From an uncultured bacterium (lineage in GTDB: Bacteria > Cyanobacteriota > Vampirovibrionia > Gastranaerophilales > Gastranaerophilaceae), in the NCBI GenBank assembly GCA_949299935.1, contig CASGCE010000031.1:47643-111642 (forward strand): DNA of 64,000 nt, read 5' to 3'. The position numbers were made by a program, and so were the translations under genes. Below are positions 19,443-28,644 of this stretch, one piece after another. The notes beneath the pieces were generated by a model that saw only the letters and a program-made list of their open reading frames with translations, was not told the origin of the DNA and made no database searches. Every line of letters begins with the position of its first letter. Positions within the stretch are counted from its first letter, which is position 1.

Positions 19443-19682
19443 ATGAGTAAGATAGATATAACCGTATGTATGGGGAGTTCCTGCTATGCAAGAGGTAATC
19501 AGGAAAATTTAGCTTTTCTTGAAGATTACATAAAAGAACATGGAATTGATGCTAATATAGAACTAGCAGGCAGCAGATGTGAGAATAAATGTGCTTTAGG
19601 TCCTAACATTTATGTTAACGGAAAAGAGTACAATCAAGTAGATATTGAAAAATTAAAGGAAATTTTGGAAAAAAACGGTTAA
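19443..19682 (+). CDS. Thioredoxin-like [2Fe-2S] ferredoxin (NuoE/HydC-like small protein)
   Basis: 79 aa with the four-Cys pattern CMGSSC...C..KC and the LGPN motif. Lies immediately upstream of the HydS-like gene. Confidence 0.7.
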   Translation: MSKIDITVCMGSSCYARGNQENLAFLEDYIKEHGIDANIELAGSRCENKCALGPNIYVNGKEYNQVDIEKLKEILEKNG

Positions 19683-19700
19683 ACATACTGAGGAGAGAGA

Positions 19701-21431
19701 ATGGATAAACAAAATCCTGTATATACACTTGTTAACGAATGTCACGATTGTTACAAATGTGTTAGGGAATGCCAAGTAAAAGCAATAAAAATAGAAGACG
19801 GTCATGCCTCTGTAATTCCGGAAAAATGCATAGCCTGCGGTGCCTGCGTAAAAGCTTGTCCGGCCGGCGCAAAGCGTGTAAGAACTGACATAGACAAGGT
19901 GAAAAAATTATTATTATCAAAAAAAGATGTATACGTTTCGCTTGCGCCATCATGGAGCGGAGTATTTGAAATGACCGAAGAAAAAATAATTTCAATACTA
20001 AAACACCTTGGCTTCAAAGATGTGTCAGAAACTGCGCTTGGTGCAGAAGAAGTATCTATCAAAACTGCTGAAATGCTCAACAATGCGGAAAAAGGTCTGT
20101 TTATTTCAAGTGCGTGTCCGGTTATTGTTGATTTTATAAGGCATTATCACCCCGAATTTACAAAAAATATTGTTCCGATAGGCTCACCTGCAATGACACA
20201 TGCCAAAATGCTGCGGGAGAAATTTGGACAGGATATACATGTTGTATTTATAGGTCCTTGTATAGGCAAGAAAAATGAAGCTGACCATAGTGACTTAATA
20301 GATGTAGCCTTAACTTTTGAAGAATTAAAATTATGGATAAATAAAGAAATCAGTGATATCTCAAAAATATCAGTTGACAAAAAAAACAATTTTGTCCCAC
20401 ATTCAGCACACGAAGGCTCTTTATACCCTATAGACGGCGGAATGAATGAAACAATAAAAAGGATCGGCATAAAAGAACACATACAACTTATAGACATTTG
20501 CGGTCTTGCAAATTTTGAAAAAGCATTAACTAATCTTAAACCGGAAAAACTTGAAAAAGTAATATTTGTAGAAGGACTTTCCTGCGAAGGCGGGTGTGTT
20601 ACCGGGCCTTGTATAGCCACAGAAAAAGCCGGTCTGACAGTGATTTCTGACGTTATATCAAATGTAAAACACAGGCTTGTTATTCCCAAAAAACCGTCAG
20701 TAGTAGTTGATACTGATTACACATCAATGAAAATCAAACATAAAACATATCCGATAGAAGATATCTTACAAGCTTTGAAAAGAATTGGCAAGCACACAAT
20801 TGACGATGAACTTAACTGCGGAGGCTGCGGTTACCCTACTTGCAGGGATATGGCAGTAGCACTTTTAAATGGTGATGCCGAAACTTCAATGTGCGTATCT
20901 TATATGAGAAAAATTGCAGTAAGAAAAGCTGCAACACTTTTCAGATGCATGCCTGCTGCTGTCGTAATGGTTGATAATAATATGAATATTTTGGAAGCAA
21001 ATGACAGTTTTATGAAAATGTTTACCGGTGACATGTACGAAATATTCAAAGCAAGACCTGACGGAATGACCGGTGCTGCAATAGATAGAATTGTTGATTT
21101 TGCTGATATATTTAAAACAATTCTCCAAACCGGAAAAGAATTACATAAGGAGAGATATCCGGTAAAAAATCGTCTCTACGATATAAGTGCTTTCACTATT
21201 GAAGAAAACGAAATAGTTGGTGCAATAATAACAGACGTAACACAAACAGAAACAAACCGTGAAAAAATTTCACAAAAAGCACACGAAGTTATATCAAAAA
21301 ATATATCAATAGTACAGGAAATTGCCTGTCTTTTAGGTGAGCACATGGTAGAAACAGAAACTTTGTTAAGTTCAATAGCCAATGATTTCGACGACAAGGA
21401 TGAAGAATCGGAGGACGAAGTTGTTCATTGA
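19701..21431 (+). CDS. hydS: Sensory-type [FeFe] hydrogenase-like protein with C-terminal Fe-S and PAS domains (HydS-like)
   Basis: Two N-terminal ferredoxin CxxCxxCxxxCP motifs. H-domain motifs SSACP (L1 with Cys to Ala), GPCIGKKNE (L2) and LSCEGGCVTG (L3). Then CGGCGYPTCRDMAVAL...C (a 4-Cys Fe-S domain) and a PAS-like segment (AVVMVDNNMNILEANDSFMKMF). Confidence 0.85.
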   Translation: MDKQNPVYTLVNECHDCYKCVRECQVKAIKIEDGHASVIPEKCIACGACVKACPAGAKRVRTDIDKVKKLLLSKKDVYVSLAPSWSGVFEMTEEKIISILKHLGFKDVSETALGAEEVSIKTAEMLNNAEKGLFISSACPVIVDFIRHYHPEFTKNIVPIGSPAMTHAKMLREKFGQDIHVVFIGPCIGKKNEADHSDLIDVALTFEELKLWINKEISDISKISVDKKNNFVPHSAHEGSLYPIDGGMNETIKRIGIKEHIQLIDICGLANFEKALTNLKPEKLEKVIFVEGLSCEGGCVTGPCIATEKAGLTVISDVISNVKHRLVIPKKPSVVVDTDYTSMKIKHKTYPIEDILQALKRIGKHTIDDELNCGGCGYPTCRDMAVALLNGDAETSMCVSYMRKIAVRKAATLFRCMPAAVVMVDNNMNILEANDSFMKMFTGDMYEIFKARPDGMTGAAIDRIVDFADIFKTILQTGKELHKERYPVKNRLYDISAFTIEENEIVGAIITDVTQTETNREKISQKAHEVISKNISIVQEIACLLGEHMVETETLLSSIANDFDDKDEESEDEVVH

Positions 21432-22584
21432 CATTGATTGCAGTCAGATGAAAAAGTACAATCAAAATGCTTACGGGGACTACTTTGTTTCAAAAAGATA
21501 TCCTGATGAAGCCCGTCTTATTGCAGTATTATCTGACGGTTTGGGAAGCGGAATTAAAGCAAATATTTTATCGTGTATGACTGCGACAATGCTATTGAGA
21601 TTCATAGAAAATCAGCAAATCTCAATAAAAAAAGCGGCCGAAATTGTTATGAACTCACTACCTGTGTGTAAAGTTCGCCATATAAGTTATTCAACATTTT
21701 CAGCAATAGATGTTAATGATGACGGACATGCCAAAATAGTTGAAGAGGGTAATCCTGAATTTATCTGGATAAGAAATAATGAAATTTTAAAACCGGAATA
21801 TGAAGTAATACAATCAAAAACTTTCCGAAAAAGAAAAATGAGAGTATATAAACTGGATTTCAAGCTTGAAGATAGACTAATTTTCTGCTCCGACGGAATA
21901 ACCCAGGCAGGTCTTGGAGGGGGAAGATTGAAGCTCGGATTACGTCGTGAAGGCTTGATTATACTTTTACAGGACAAATTAAAAGAATATCCGGATATTT
22001 CAAGTTCCGAATTATCACAATATATTATAAATCAGGCGCGTAACATTGAAACAGATCGAAAACCAAAAGACGATATTTCCGCTTGTGTTTTGTATTTCAG
22101 AAAGCCGCGTGAATCACTTATATTTACGGGTCCACCGTATCACCAATCAAAAGATGCCGAGTATGCGCGTATGTTCAATAATTTTAATGGCAAAAAAGCC
22201 ATATGTGGCGGAACAACTGCAAATTTAATATCCAGAGAACTCAATAAACCAATAACAATGGATACTACAATAAGTATAGGCAAACTTCCTTCATGCTCAT
22301 ATATGGATGGAGTAGATTTAGTGACAGAAGGGGTCTTAACCCTCACAAAAACATTAGAATATCTTGAATCCGGAAAAACAGATATTGACAACGCAGCAGG
22401 AAAGCTGGTAAACTTTTTATTGGATAGTGATTGCATAAATTTTATGGTCGGAGCAAAACTAAACCAAGCGCATTATGATCCGGCACTACCGGTTGAAATT
22501 GAAATTCGTAAAAATATAATAAAGAAGATTTCCGAGGTACTTCAAAACAGGTATTTCAAAAAAGTCAATATACAGTATATATAA
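21421..22584 (+). CDS. PP2C/SpoIIE-family serine phosphatase with an uncharacterised C-terminal domain
   Basis: YGDYF...AVLSDGLGSGIKANILS...LIFCSDGITQAG is typical of PPM/SpoIIE phosphatases. I prefer the TTG at 21421 (GGAGG 6 nt upstream, overlapping the hydS stop). Alternative starts are 21382 and 21448. Confidence 0.75.
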   Translation: MFIDIDCSQMKKYNQNAYGDYFVSKRYPDEARLIAVLSDGLGSGIKANILSCMTATMLLRFIENQQISIKKAAEIVMNSLPVCKVRHISYSTFSAIDVNDDGHAKIVEEGNPEFIWIRNNEILKPEYEVIQSKTFRKRKMRVYKLDFKLEDRLIFCSDGITQAGLGGGRLKLGLRREGLIILLQDKLKEYPDISSSELSQYIINQARNIETDRKPKDDISACVLYFRKPRESLIFTGPPYHQSKDAEYARMFNNFNGKKAICGGTTANLISRELNKPITMDTTISIGKLPSCSYMDGVDLVTEGVLTLTKTLEYLESGKTDIDNAAGKLVNFLLDSDCINFMVGAKLNQAHYDPALPVEIEIRKNIIKKISEVLQNRYFKKVNIQYI

Positions 22585-22618
22585 AGCATTTATGACAGAA
22601 TATAGTGAGGATAAAAGT

Positions 22619-22876
22619 ATGGACAAAAAAGTTAGTGTTAAGGTTTGTTTAGGTACAACGTGTTTTGTAATGGGATCCGCAAATTTACAAGAGTTAATAG
22701 AATTGGTTCCCAAAAAATACGGTGACAGGGTTGATGTATCAGGAGTGCCTTGTTTAGGGCTTTGTTCTATAGATTGGGAATTTTCTAAAGCACCGTACGT
22801 AAAAGTAGATGATGAAGTAATTAAAGAAGCCACTGTTGAAAAAGTTTTAGCAGCAATAGAAAAGAAACTAAAATAA
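22619..22876 (+). CDS. Thioredoxin-like [2Fe-2S] ferredoxin (second copy)
   Basis: Cys pattern CLGTTC...CLGLC. Start moved to the ATG at 22619 (GAGGA RBS). Lies immediately upstream of the catalytic hydrogenase gene. Confidence 0.65.
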   Translation: MDKKVSVKVCLGTTCFVMGSANLQELIELVPKKYGDRVDVSGVPCLGLCSIDWEFSKAPYVKVDDEVIKEATVEKVLAAIEKKLK

Positions 22877-22889
22877 TAAGGAAAAAGAT

Positions 22890-24368
22890 ATGAGTATGAA
22901 TAGTACCCCAAAACAAACTTCACACTTAAAGCGTGAAATTTTAGTAAGGTTAATAAAGGCATATTTAAGCGATAATTTTGCGGAAAATACTCGTCTTATA
23001 CCTTATGCAATGCGCCCGAAAGGGAGCGAAGTTCCATACCGATGCTGCATACATAAGGAGCGTGCGATATTACGTGACAGAACTGTTGCAGGACTGGGCA
23101 TGTCTATTGAAGAAGCAGATGACAGTACTCTTTTATCAACACTGGCAGAAGAATCTTTAAAACGGGAAGAACCGGAAAAAAATCCTCTCACAGTATTGAC
23201 AACAGCTTGTAAAGGCTGCGTTCCTTCAAGAATATACGTAACCGATCTTTGTCAAGGCTGCGTAGCAAGACCCTGTATAAATACTTGTAAATTTGGAGCG
23301 ATAAGCATCCAAAACGGTAAATCTGTTATAGATCCTGAAAAATGCAAAAATTGCGGTATGTGCGTTCAAGTCTGTCCGTACCAAGCAATTACAAAGATTA
23401 TTGTGCCATGTGAAAATGCTTGTCCTGTAGGGGCTATCGCAAAAGATGAAGATGGTTACGCTAAAATTGATTTTGAAAAATGTATTTCCTGCGGGAAATG
23501 TGTTGCTGCCTGCCCATTTGGCGCAGTACACGAAAAAAGCCAAATTATAGACATATTAAAAAATGTTAAAGCAGGCAAAAAAGTTATTGCAATGGTGGCC
23601 CCTGCGATTATGGGACAATTACCTTGCAAACCTGCACAATTAAAAGAAGCTATCATGAAACTTGGCTTTGCTGACGTTTATGAAGTAGCACAAGGTGCTG
23701 ATGTAACCACAAAAACAGAAGCCAAGGAGTTTGAAGAAAGACTGGAAGCAGGTGCTGAATTTATGACAACATCTTGCTGTGCAGGTTATAATGAGTTAGT
23801 TGAAAAACATATTCCTGAAATGAAGCCTTTCAGATCAGATACAAAAACTCCTTTATACTACACTGCAGAAATAGTAAAAAAAGAACATCCCGATGCAGTA
23901 ACGGTATTTTTCAGTCCTTGTAATGCAAAACGAAAAGAAGCTATGCAAAATCCAAACGTTGATTTTGTGCTTAATTACGAAGAATTAGGTGCGTGGTTTG
24001 TAGCTTTGGGAGTTCAGGTTTCTGAATGCGGAGAAGTTCAGTTTAAAACTGAAGCATCAGCAGAAGCAAGAAACTATGCTGTAACCGGCGGTGTTGCAAA
24101 AGCAGTTCAAACAATGTTGCCGGAACATTTACCGACATATCCGGTTGTAATAAACGGGTTAGACAAACAATCAATCCGTGACCTGAAAAAGTACGCCAAA
24201 AACGGTGTTTGCGAGCTGGGTAACTTAATTGAAGTTATGGCATGTCCCGGAGGATGTTTGGGCGGCAACGGTACCGTTAACGCTTATAAACAAGCACTAA
24301 AACAACTTACAGGGTACGTAAATGAAAGCAAACCACTTGTTAATGAAGAAGAACACATAGAAAAATAG
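22890..24368 (+). CDS. hydA: [FeFe] hydrogenase, catalytic type, with N-terminal ferredoxin-like clusters
   Basis: Several CxxCxxCxxxCP motifs. H-cluster motifs TTSCCAG (L1, both Cys present), FFSPCNAKRKE (L2) and EVMACPGGCLGG (L3). Confidence 0.85.
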   Translation: MSMNSTPKQTSHLKREILVRLIKAYLSDNFAENTRLIPYAMRPKGSEVPYRCCIHKERAILRDRTVAGLGMSIEEADDSTLLSTLAEESLKREEPEKNPLTVLTTACKGCVPSRIYVTDLCQGCVARPCINTCKFGAISIQNGKSVIDPEKCKNCGMCVQVCPYQAITKIIVPCENACPVGAIAKDEDGYAKIDFEKCISCGKCVAACPFGAVHEKSQIIDILKNVKAGKKVIAMVAPAIMGQLPCKPAQLKEAIMKLGFADVYEVAQGADVTTKTEAKEFEERLEAGAEFMTTSCCAGYNELVEKHIPEMKPFRSDTKTPLYYTAEIVKKEHPDAVTVFFSPCNAKRKEAMQNPNVDFVLNYEELGAWFVALGVQVSECGEVQFKTEASAEARNYAVTGGVAKAVQTMLPEHLPTYPVVINGLDKQSIRDLKKYAKNGVCELGNLIEVMACPGGCLGGNGTVNAYKQALKQLTGYVNESKPLVNEEEHIEK

Positions 24369-24391
24369 AAAGAGCCTTCGGGCTCTTTTTT
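24369..24391 (+). terminator. Rho-independent terminator after the hydrogenase operon
   Basis: AAAGAGCC-TTCG-GGCTCTTT followed by Ts. Confidence 0.8.
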
Positions 24392-24416
24392 AATATATTT
24401 GTCATATAATAGACAT

Positions 24417-25499
24417 ATGGAAAAAAGAAAGATAAGCATAATAGGCTCAACCGGATCTATCGGGACTCAGGCGCTTGAAGTATTAGAAAAACTTCAAGAT
24501 AAATTTGAAATAATAGCACTTTCCGGAGGCCACAATAAAGAACTTTTGGAAGCTCAGGCAAAAAAGTTCAAACCTAAATATACCGTTCTTGGAGAGCAGG
24601 GTTTGGAAAGAATTTGTTCCGACACACAAAATGACATAATTCTTGTGGCATGTTCCGGAAAAATCGGCTTGAAACCGACTCTTACTGCAATAAAAAACGG
24701 CATAAATATTGCTCTTGCCAATAAAGAAACCCTTGTTATGGCAGGCGATATCGTTATGGCAGAAGCTAAAAAACACAATGTGAAAATTATTCCGGTTGAT
24801 AGCGAACACTGTGCCATTCACCAGTGTATAAAAGATATTTCACAAGTAGAAAAATTAATTATAACAGCCTCCGGCGGTCCTTTTTTGCATAAAACAACCG
24901 ACGAAATGAAAAACGCTACAGTCAAAGAAGCTCTTGCACACCCAAAATGGCATATGGGTAAAAAAATAACGGTAGACAGTGCAACTTTAATGAATAAAGG
25001 TTTAGAAATAATCGAGGCGCACCATCTTTTCGGCTTTGATTACGATAAAATAGATGTGGTAATCCACCCGCAAAGTATCGTTCACTCTGCAATAGAATAC
25101 AAAGACGGCAGTATAATCGCACAATTAGGCCTGCCGAGTATGCATATTCCAATCCAATATGCGATATCTTATCCGGAAAGATTTGAAGGGATTAAATCAA
25201 AAAGTTTTAGCTTTTCTGAAATTGCAAGGCTTGATTTTGAAAAACCCGATTTTGAAAAATTCCCTTGCGTAAAACTTGCATATCAAGCCGGCAAAATCGG
25301 CGGCACAATGACAACTTGCTTAAACGCTGCAAATGAAGAAGCAGTATTTGCATTTTTGGACGGGAAAATAAAACTTTCTAAAATATATGAAATTGTTGAA
25401 AAAATGATGTCTGAACACACAGTAATCCAAAACCCCACAATTGATGAAATATTTGAAGTAGACAAACAAATCAGAGAAAAAACAAGGATTATAATTTAG
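24417..25499 (+). CDS. dxr: 1-deoxy-D-xylulose 5-phosphate reductoisomerase
   Basis: ISIIGSTGSIGTQAL NADPH motif, LANKE, DSEH and HPKW. Start taken at the ATG at 24417. Confidence 0.95.
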   Translation: MEKRKISIIGSTGSIGTQALEVLEKLQDKFEIIALSGGHNKELLEAQAKKFKPKYTVLGEQGLERICSDTQNDIILVACSGKIGLKPTLTAIKNGINIALANKETLVMAGDIVMAEAKKHNVKIIPVDSEHCAIHQCIKDISQVEKLIITASGGPFLHKTTDEMKNATVKEALAHPKWHMGKKITVDSATLMNKGLEIIEAHHLFGFDYDKIDVVIHPQSIVHSAIEYKDGSIIAQLGLPSMHIPIQYAISYPERFEGIKSKSFSFSEIARLDFEKPDFEKFPCVKLAYQAGKIGGTMTTCLNAANEEAVFAFLDGKIKLSKIYEIVEKMMSEHTVIQNPTIDEIFEVDKQIREKTRIII

Positions 25500-25790
25500 T
25501 TAATCATCACCAAATTCACATAAATGACCAAAAACTCCTGTTTGTTCGCAAAAAGCAATATAATCTTGTATATTGGAATCTAATTTTTCCAATTGTTCCA
25601 CCAATAAATAAATTGAATTGATTAAATCTGAATCGGCAGGCTTTTCAATTTCGTTTGTAACAGCACTATAAAGCAAGTTACAATAACTATGTACCTCTTT
25701 AAATCTTTCTGCAATATCTTTAATTCTATCTTCGTTGGTCAAAATATTTTCTGTTTCTTCACACATAATAATATCCTCACTTAAGTTCAT
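25500..25790 (-). CDS. Hypothetical small acidic protein
   Basis: 96-aa ORF divergent from the first XRE gene. Its start codon lies inside palindrome 1. No family recognised. Confidence 0.4.
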   Translation of the reverse strand: MNLSEDIIMCEETENILTNEDRIKDIAERFKEVHSYCNLLYSAVTNEIEKPADSDLINSIYLLVEQLEKLDSNIQDYIAFCEQTGVFGHLCEFGDD

Positions 25791-25800
25791 TTATATGAAC
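25785..25800. promoter_or_regulatory. Palindromic operator candidate 1 (GTTCAT-TTAT-ATGAAC)
   Basis: One of four TTCAT-N4-ATGAA sites read directly in the two XRE upstream regions. Confidence 0.5.
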
Positions 25801-25835
25801 TATATTATATAAAAGTTTTGTTAATATCAAGAAAA

Positions 25836-25851
25836 GTTCATACATATGAAG
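25836..25851. promoter_or_regulatory. Palindromic operator candidate 2 (GTTCAT-ACAT-ATGAAG)
   Basis: Ends 10 nt upstream of the ATG at 25862. Confidence 0.5.
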
Positions 25852-25861
25852 ATATATTAAG

Positions 25862-26107
25862 ATGGAAAAACAACTATTTAACAGTATTATCTGCAAAAGA
25901 ATAACAGATTTACGTATAGAGCACAACTTTACAAAAGAAAAATTGGCTTATGAAAGTGGAATTTCTAAGGGTGGATTGAGCGAAATTGAAAAAAATATGA
26001 AAGAACCCAGACTATCTACTATTGCCAAATTATGCAGCTGCTTAGGTATAAAAATAAAAGATTTTTTTGACTTTGAAGAAATAGACAATTTTGTGAATTT
26101 ATTATGA
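25862..26107 (+). CDS. XRE-family helix-turn-helix regulator (paralogue 1)
   Basis: 81 aa. LAYESGISKGGLSEIEKNMKEPRLSTIAKLCSCLGI is a classic Cro/C1-type HTH. Confidence 0.8.
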   Translation: MEKQLFNSIICKRITDLRIEHNFTKEKLAYESGISKGGLSEIEKNMKEPRLSTIAKLCSCLGIKIKDFFDFEEIDNFVNLL

Positions 26108-26118
26108 CAAAAAATTAT

Positions 26119-26134
26119 TTTCATACATATGAAC
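26119..26134. promoter_or_regulatory. Palindromic operator candidate 3 (TTTCAT-ACAT-ATGAAC)
   Basis: Lies in the spacer between the two XRE genes. Confidence 0.5.
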
Positions 26135-26170
26135 CATTGAAAGACCTTTAAAGGCTATAATCTCATAGTA

Positions 26171-26186
26171 GTTCATCAATATGAAA
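26171..26186. promoter_or_regulatory. Palindromic operator candidate 4 (GTTCAT-CAAT-ATGAAA)
   Basis: Ends 5 nt upstream of the ATG at 26192. Confidence 0.5.
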
Positions 26187-26191
26187 TTAAT

Positions 26192-26437
26192 ATGACTAAT
26201 TCAGACTTCAACAAAATAATTTGTCAACGCATATCAAGTTTAAGAAAAGAGCATAGCTTAACACTTGAGCAGCTCGCCTACCAATGTGGTATTTCTAAAG
26301 GTGGATTGAGTGAAATTGAAAGAAACATGAAAGAACCTCGTGCTTATACAATTATAAAGATTTGCACAGGACTTGGTATTACGATGAAAGATTTCTTTGA
26401 TTTTAAAGAAATCAATGATTTTATGGATAAATTATAA
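26192..26437 (+). CDS. XRE-family helix-turn-helix regulator (paralogue 2)
   Basis: 81 aa. About 51 of 81 residues are identical to paralogue 1 by manual alignment. Confidence 0.8.
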   Translation: MTNSDFNKIICQRISSLRKEHSLTLEQLAYQCGISKGGLSEIERNMKEPRAYTIIKICTGLGITMKDFFDFKEINDFMDKL

Positions 26438-28633
26438 AATATCCAACGGATCAACGTCTATTGTGAGTTTTATATCTTTTGGCATAGTTATTTTGTTCAA
26501 AAAACTTGAAATAAACCTGTGACCTTTTTCGTCAAGTTTATTTTTTATGATAATTTGAAAACGATATTGACCGTTTATCCTTTCGATAACACAATTTGTC
26601 GGGCCAAGAACTTCAAGCCGTTCAGAAATTCCGTATTTTTCAATCATAGTACAGAGCCTCAGCGCAATTTCTTGTGCTGATTTTTCCGCTCTGAAATTAT
26701 TTTCACTTGAAAGAACAAGTCTTATAATCTGGCTAAAGGGCGGATAGTCAAATTCTTCACGTGCGATAATTTCTTTTTCGTAAAATTCACCGTAATTTTG
26801 AGATTTTGCACTTTCGAGTGCGTAATATTCGGGGTTGTAGGTTTGAAAAAATACTCTGCCTGCAAAATCTCCTCGACCGGCTCTGCCCGCAACTTGTGTC
26901 AAAAGCTGAAACCCACGCTCTGATGCTCTAAAATCAGGTAAATTAAAACTGGCATCGGCAGAAATTACACCAACTAAAGTTACATTCGGGTTATCTAAAC
27001 CTTTTGCAATCATTTGTGTACCGACCAAAATATCAATTTCACCTTTTTCAAAACGCTCCAAAAGCCTTATGTGTTCGCCTTTTCTGACTAAAATATCGCT
27101 GTCAATTCTTTCAACAACTTTATCAGGATAAAGCTCTTTTATGTATTGTTCAATTTTTTGAGTGCCCGTTCCGCTATTTTTTAATGCATCAGAACCGCAT
27201 TCGGGACAGACATCGGGAAAACTTTCACTATGATTGCAATAATGGCATTTCAATTTTTGATCTTTTGAATGCCAAATCATAGGTATCGCACAATTTGGAC
27301 ACTCAATAACATGCCCGCATGCCTGACACTGGGTGAATGTTGAAAATCCACGCCTGTTAATCAAGAGAATAACTTGCTTTTTGCTGTCCAAAGTTTCATT
27401 AACAGCCGTTTGCAGTGGTTTAGAAATAACATTTTTGTAAGCCGCTCTGCCATACTCTTGCATGTTTATAACAGTAACTAAAGGAACTTTTGCATCATTA
27501 TACCGTTTTTTCAATTCAAACAAATTACCCGAATTTATTGCCCTATAATAAACAGATATATCAGGTGTTGCAGACCCAAGAAGCAGCGGGCATTGGTTAA
27601 GTTCTGCAAGTTTTCTTGCAACGACTTTAGCATCATATCTTGGTGCGGGGCTTGTTTGTTTATAAGCACTTTCATGCTCTTCATCGATAATAATTAGACC
27701 GATATTTTGCAATGGCGCAAATACAGCCGATCTTGCGCCTGCAAGAATTTTAATTTCGTTTTTATAGAGTTTTTGCCAAACGTCATACCTTTCACCGTCA
27801 GAAATACTGCCGTGCCAAATTGCTACATCTTCGGTTCCGAATTTTTTTGCCAAACGCTTTGTAAGTTGAGATGCCAGAGCTATTTCAGGTGCTAAAAACA
27901 AAACATTTTTGCCTGATTTTATAGCATCGTCAATCAGCTTAAAATATACCTCTGTTTTCCCGCTTGCAGTAACCCCGTGTAAAAGTATTGTTTGATTACC
28001 CTTAGCTTTTTTCTTTATTCCTTCGTAAACTTTTTGTTGTTCGGCTGTAAGCTCAAATAATGATTCTCTTTCATTTATTTTCAAAATGTCCAGCGGATTT
28101 CTGTATAATTCTTCTGACGTTATTTTTAAACAGCCTGATTCATCAAGTTTTTTTATCGTTGTACGGGTAGTTTTGGCAGTTTTTTCAAACAAAATCAGAG
28201 GCATTTTACCTGCTTTTTGCAAAATTTCCAGAACTTGTTTTTGCCTTTTAGTTGCTCCGTCAAATTTTATAAATTCAACAACCTGCTCTGTTTTTGATAC
28301 CTTCTCAATCAATTTTAAAGGTATTGCCGCATTCAAAACAGTCACCAAATCACAGCAATAGTAATTTGCAACCCAATCAAGTAAGTTAAGGTAATCTATT
28401 GAAAAAAGCGGCTTTTCATCAAGAATTTTGTTTATCTTTTTTACTTTAAAATCACCCGGCAAATAATCTGAAAACCCGACGCAAAATGCATTCACAAGCC
28501 CCTGACGTCCAAACGGCACAAGAATAGCCTGACCGATTTGGATTTTTTCCTTCATCTCGTCAGGAATCAAATAGCTGAATGTTTTTACCCCCAGCCCCTT
28601 AATATTTACCAATGCCAAAGCATATTTGCTCAT
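26432..28633 (-). CDS. priA: Primosomal protein N' (replication restart helicase PriA)
   Basis: Walker A GVTASGKTEVY, DEEH box, and the Cys-rich zinc region CQACGHVIECPNC...CHYC...CPECGS. Confidence 0.95.
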   Translation of the reverse strand: MSKYALALVNIKGLGVKTFSYLIPDEMKEKIQIGQAILVPFGRQGLVNAFCVGFSDYLPGDFKVKKINKILDEKPLFSIDYLNLLDWVANYYCCDLVTVLNAAIPLKLIEKVSKTEQVVEFIKFDGATKRQKQVLEILQKAGKMPLILFEKTAKTTRTTIKKLDESGCLKITSEELYRNPLDILKINERESLFELTAEQQKVYEGIKKKAKGNQTILLHGVTASGKTEVYFKLIDDAIKSGKNVLFLAPEIALASQLTKRLAKKFGTEDVAIWHGSISDGERYDVWQKLYKNEIKILAGARSAVFAPLQNIGLIIIDEEHESAYKQTSPAPRYDAKVVARKLAELNQCPLLLGSATPDISVYYRAINSGNLFELKKRYNDAKVPLVTVINMQEYGRAAYKNVISKPLQTAVNETLDSKKQVILLINRRGFSTFTQCQACGHVIECPNCAIPMIWHSKDQKLKCHYCNHSESFPDVCPECGSDALKNSGTGTQKIEQYIKELYPDKVVERIDSDILVRKGEHIRLLERFEKGEIDILVGTQMIAKGLDNPNVTLVGVISADASFNLPDFRASERGFQLLTQVAGRAGRGDFAGRVFFQTYNPEYYALESAKSQNYGEFYEKEIIAREEFDYPPFSQIIRLVLSSENNFRAEKSAQEIALRLCTMIEKYGISERLEVLGPTNCVIERINGQYRFQIIIKNKLDEKGHRFISSFLNKITMPKDIKLTIDVDPLDIL

Positions 28634-28644
28634 ATAATTCAGGC

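Noticed and set aside
20147-20689. 180-aa minus-strand ORF inside the HydS-like gene. The same applies to the other antisense ORFs in the track, such as 19802-20083, 23226-23543, 24483-24821 and 22486-22962.
   Set aside because: They lie wholly antisense to genes with strong family motifs. They show no RBS and have odd compositions. These are typical shadow ORFs.
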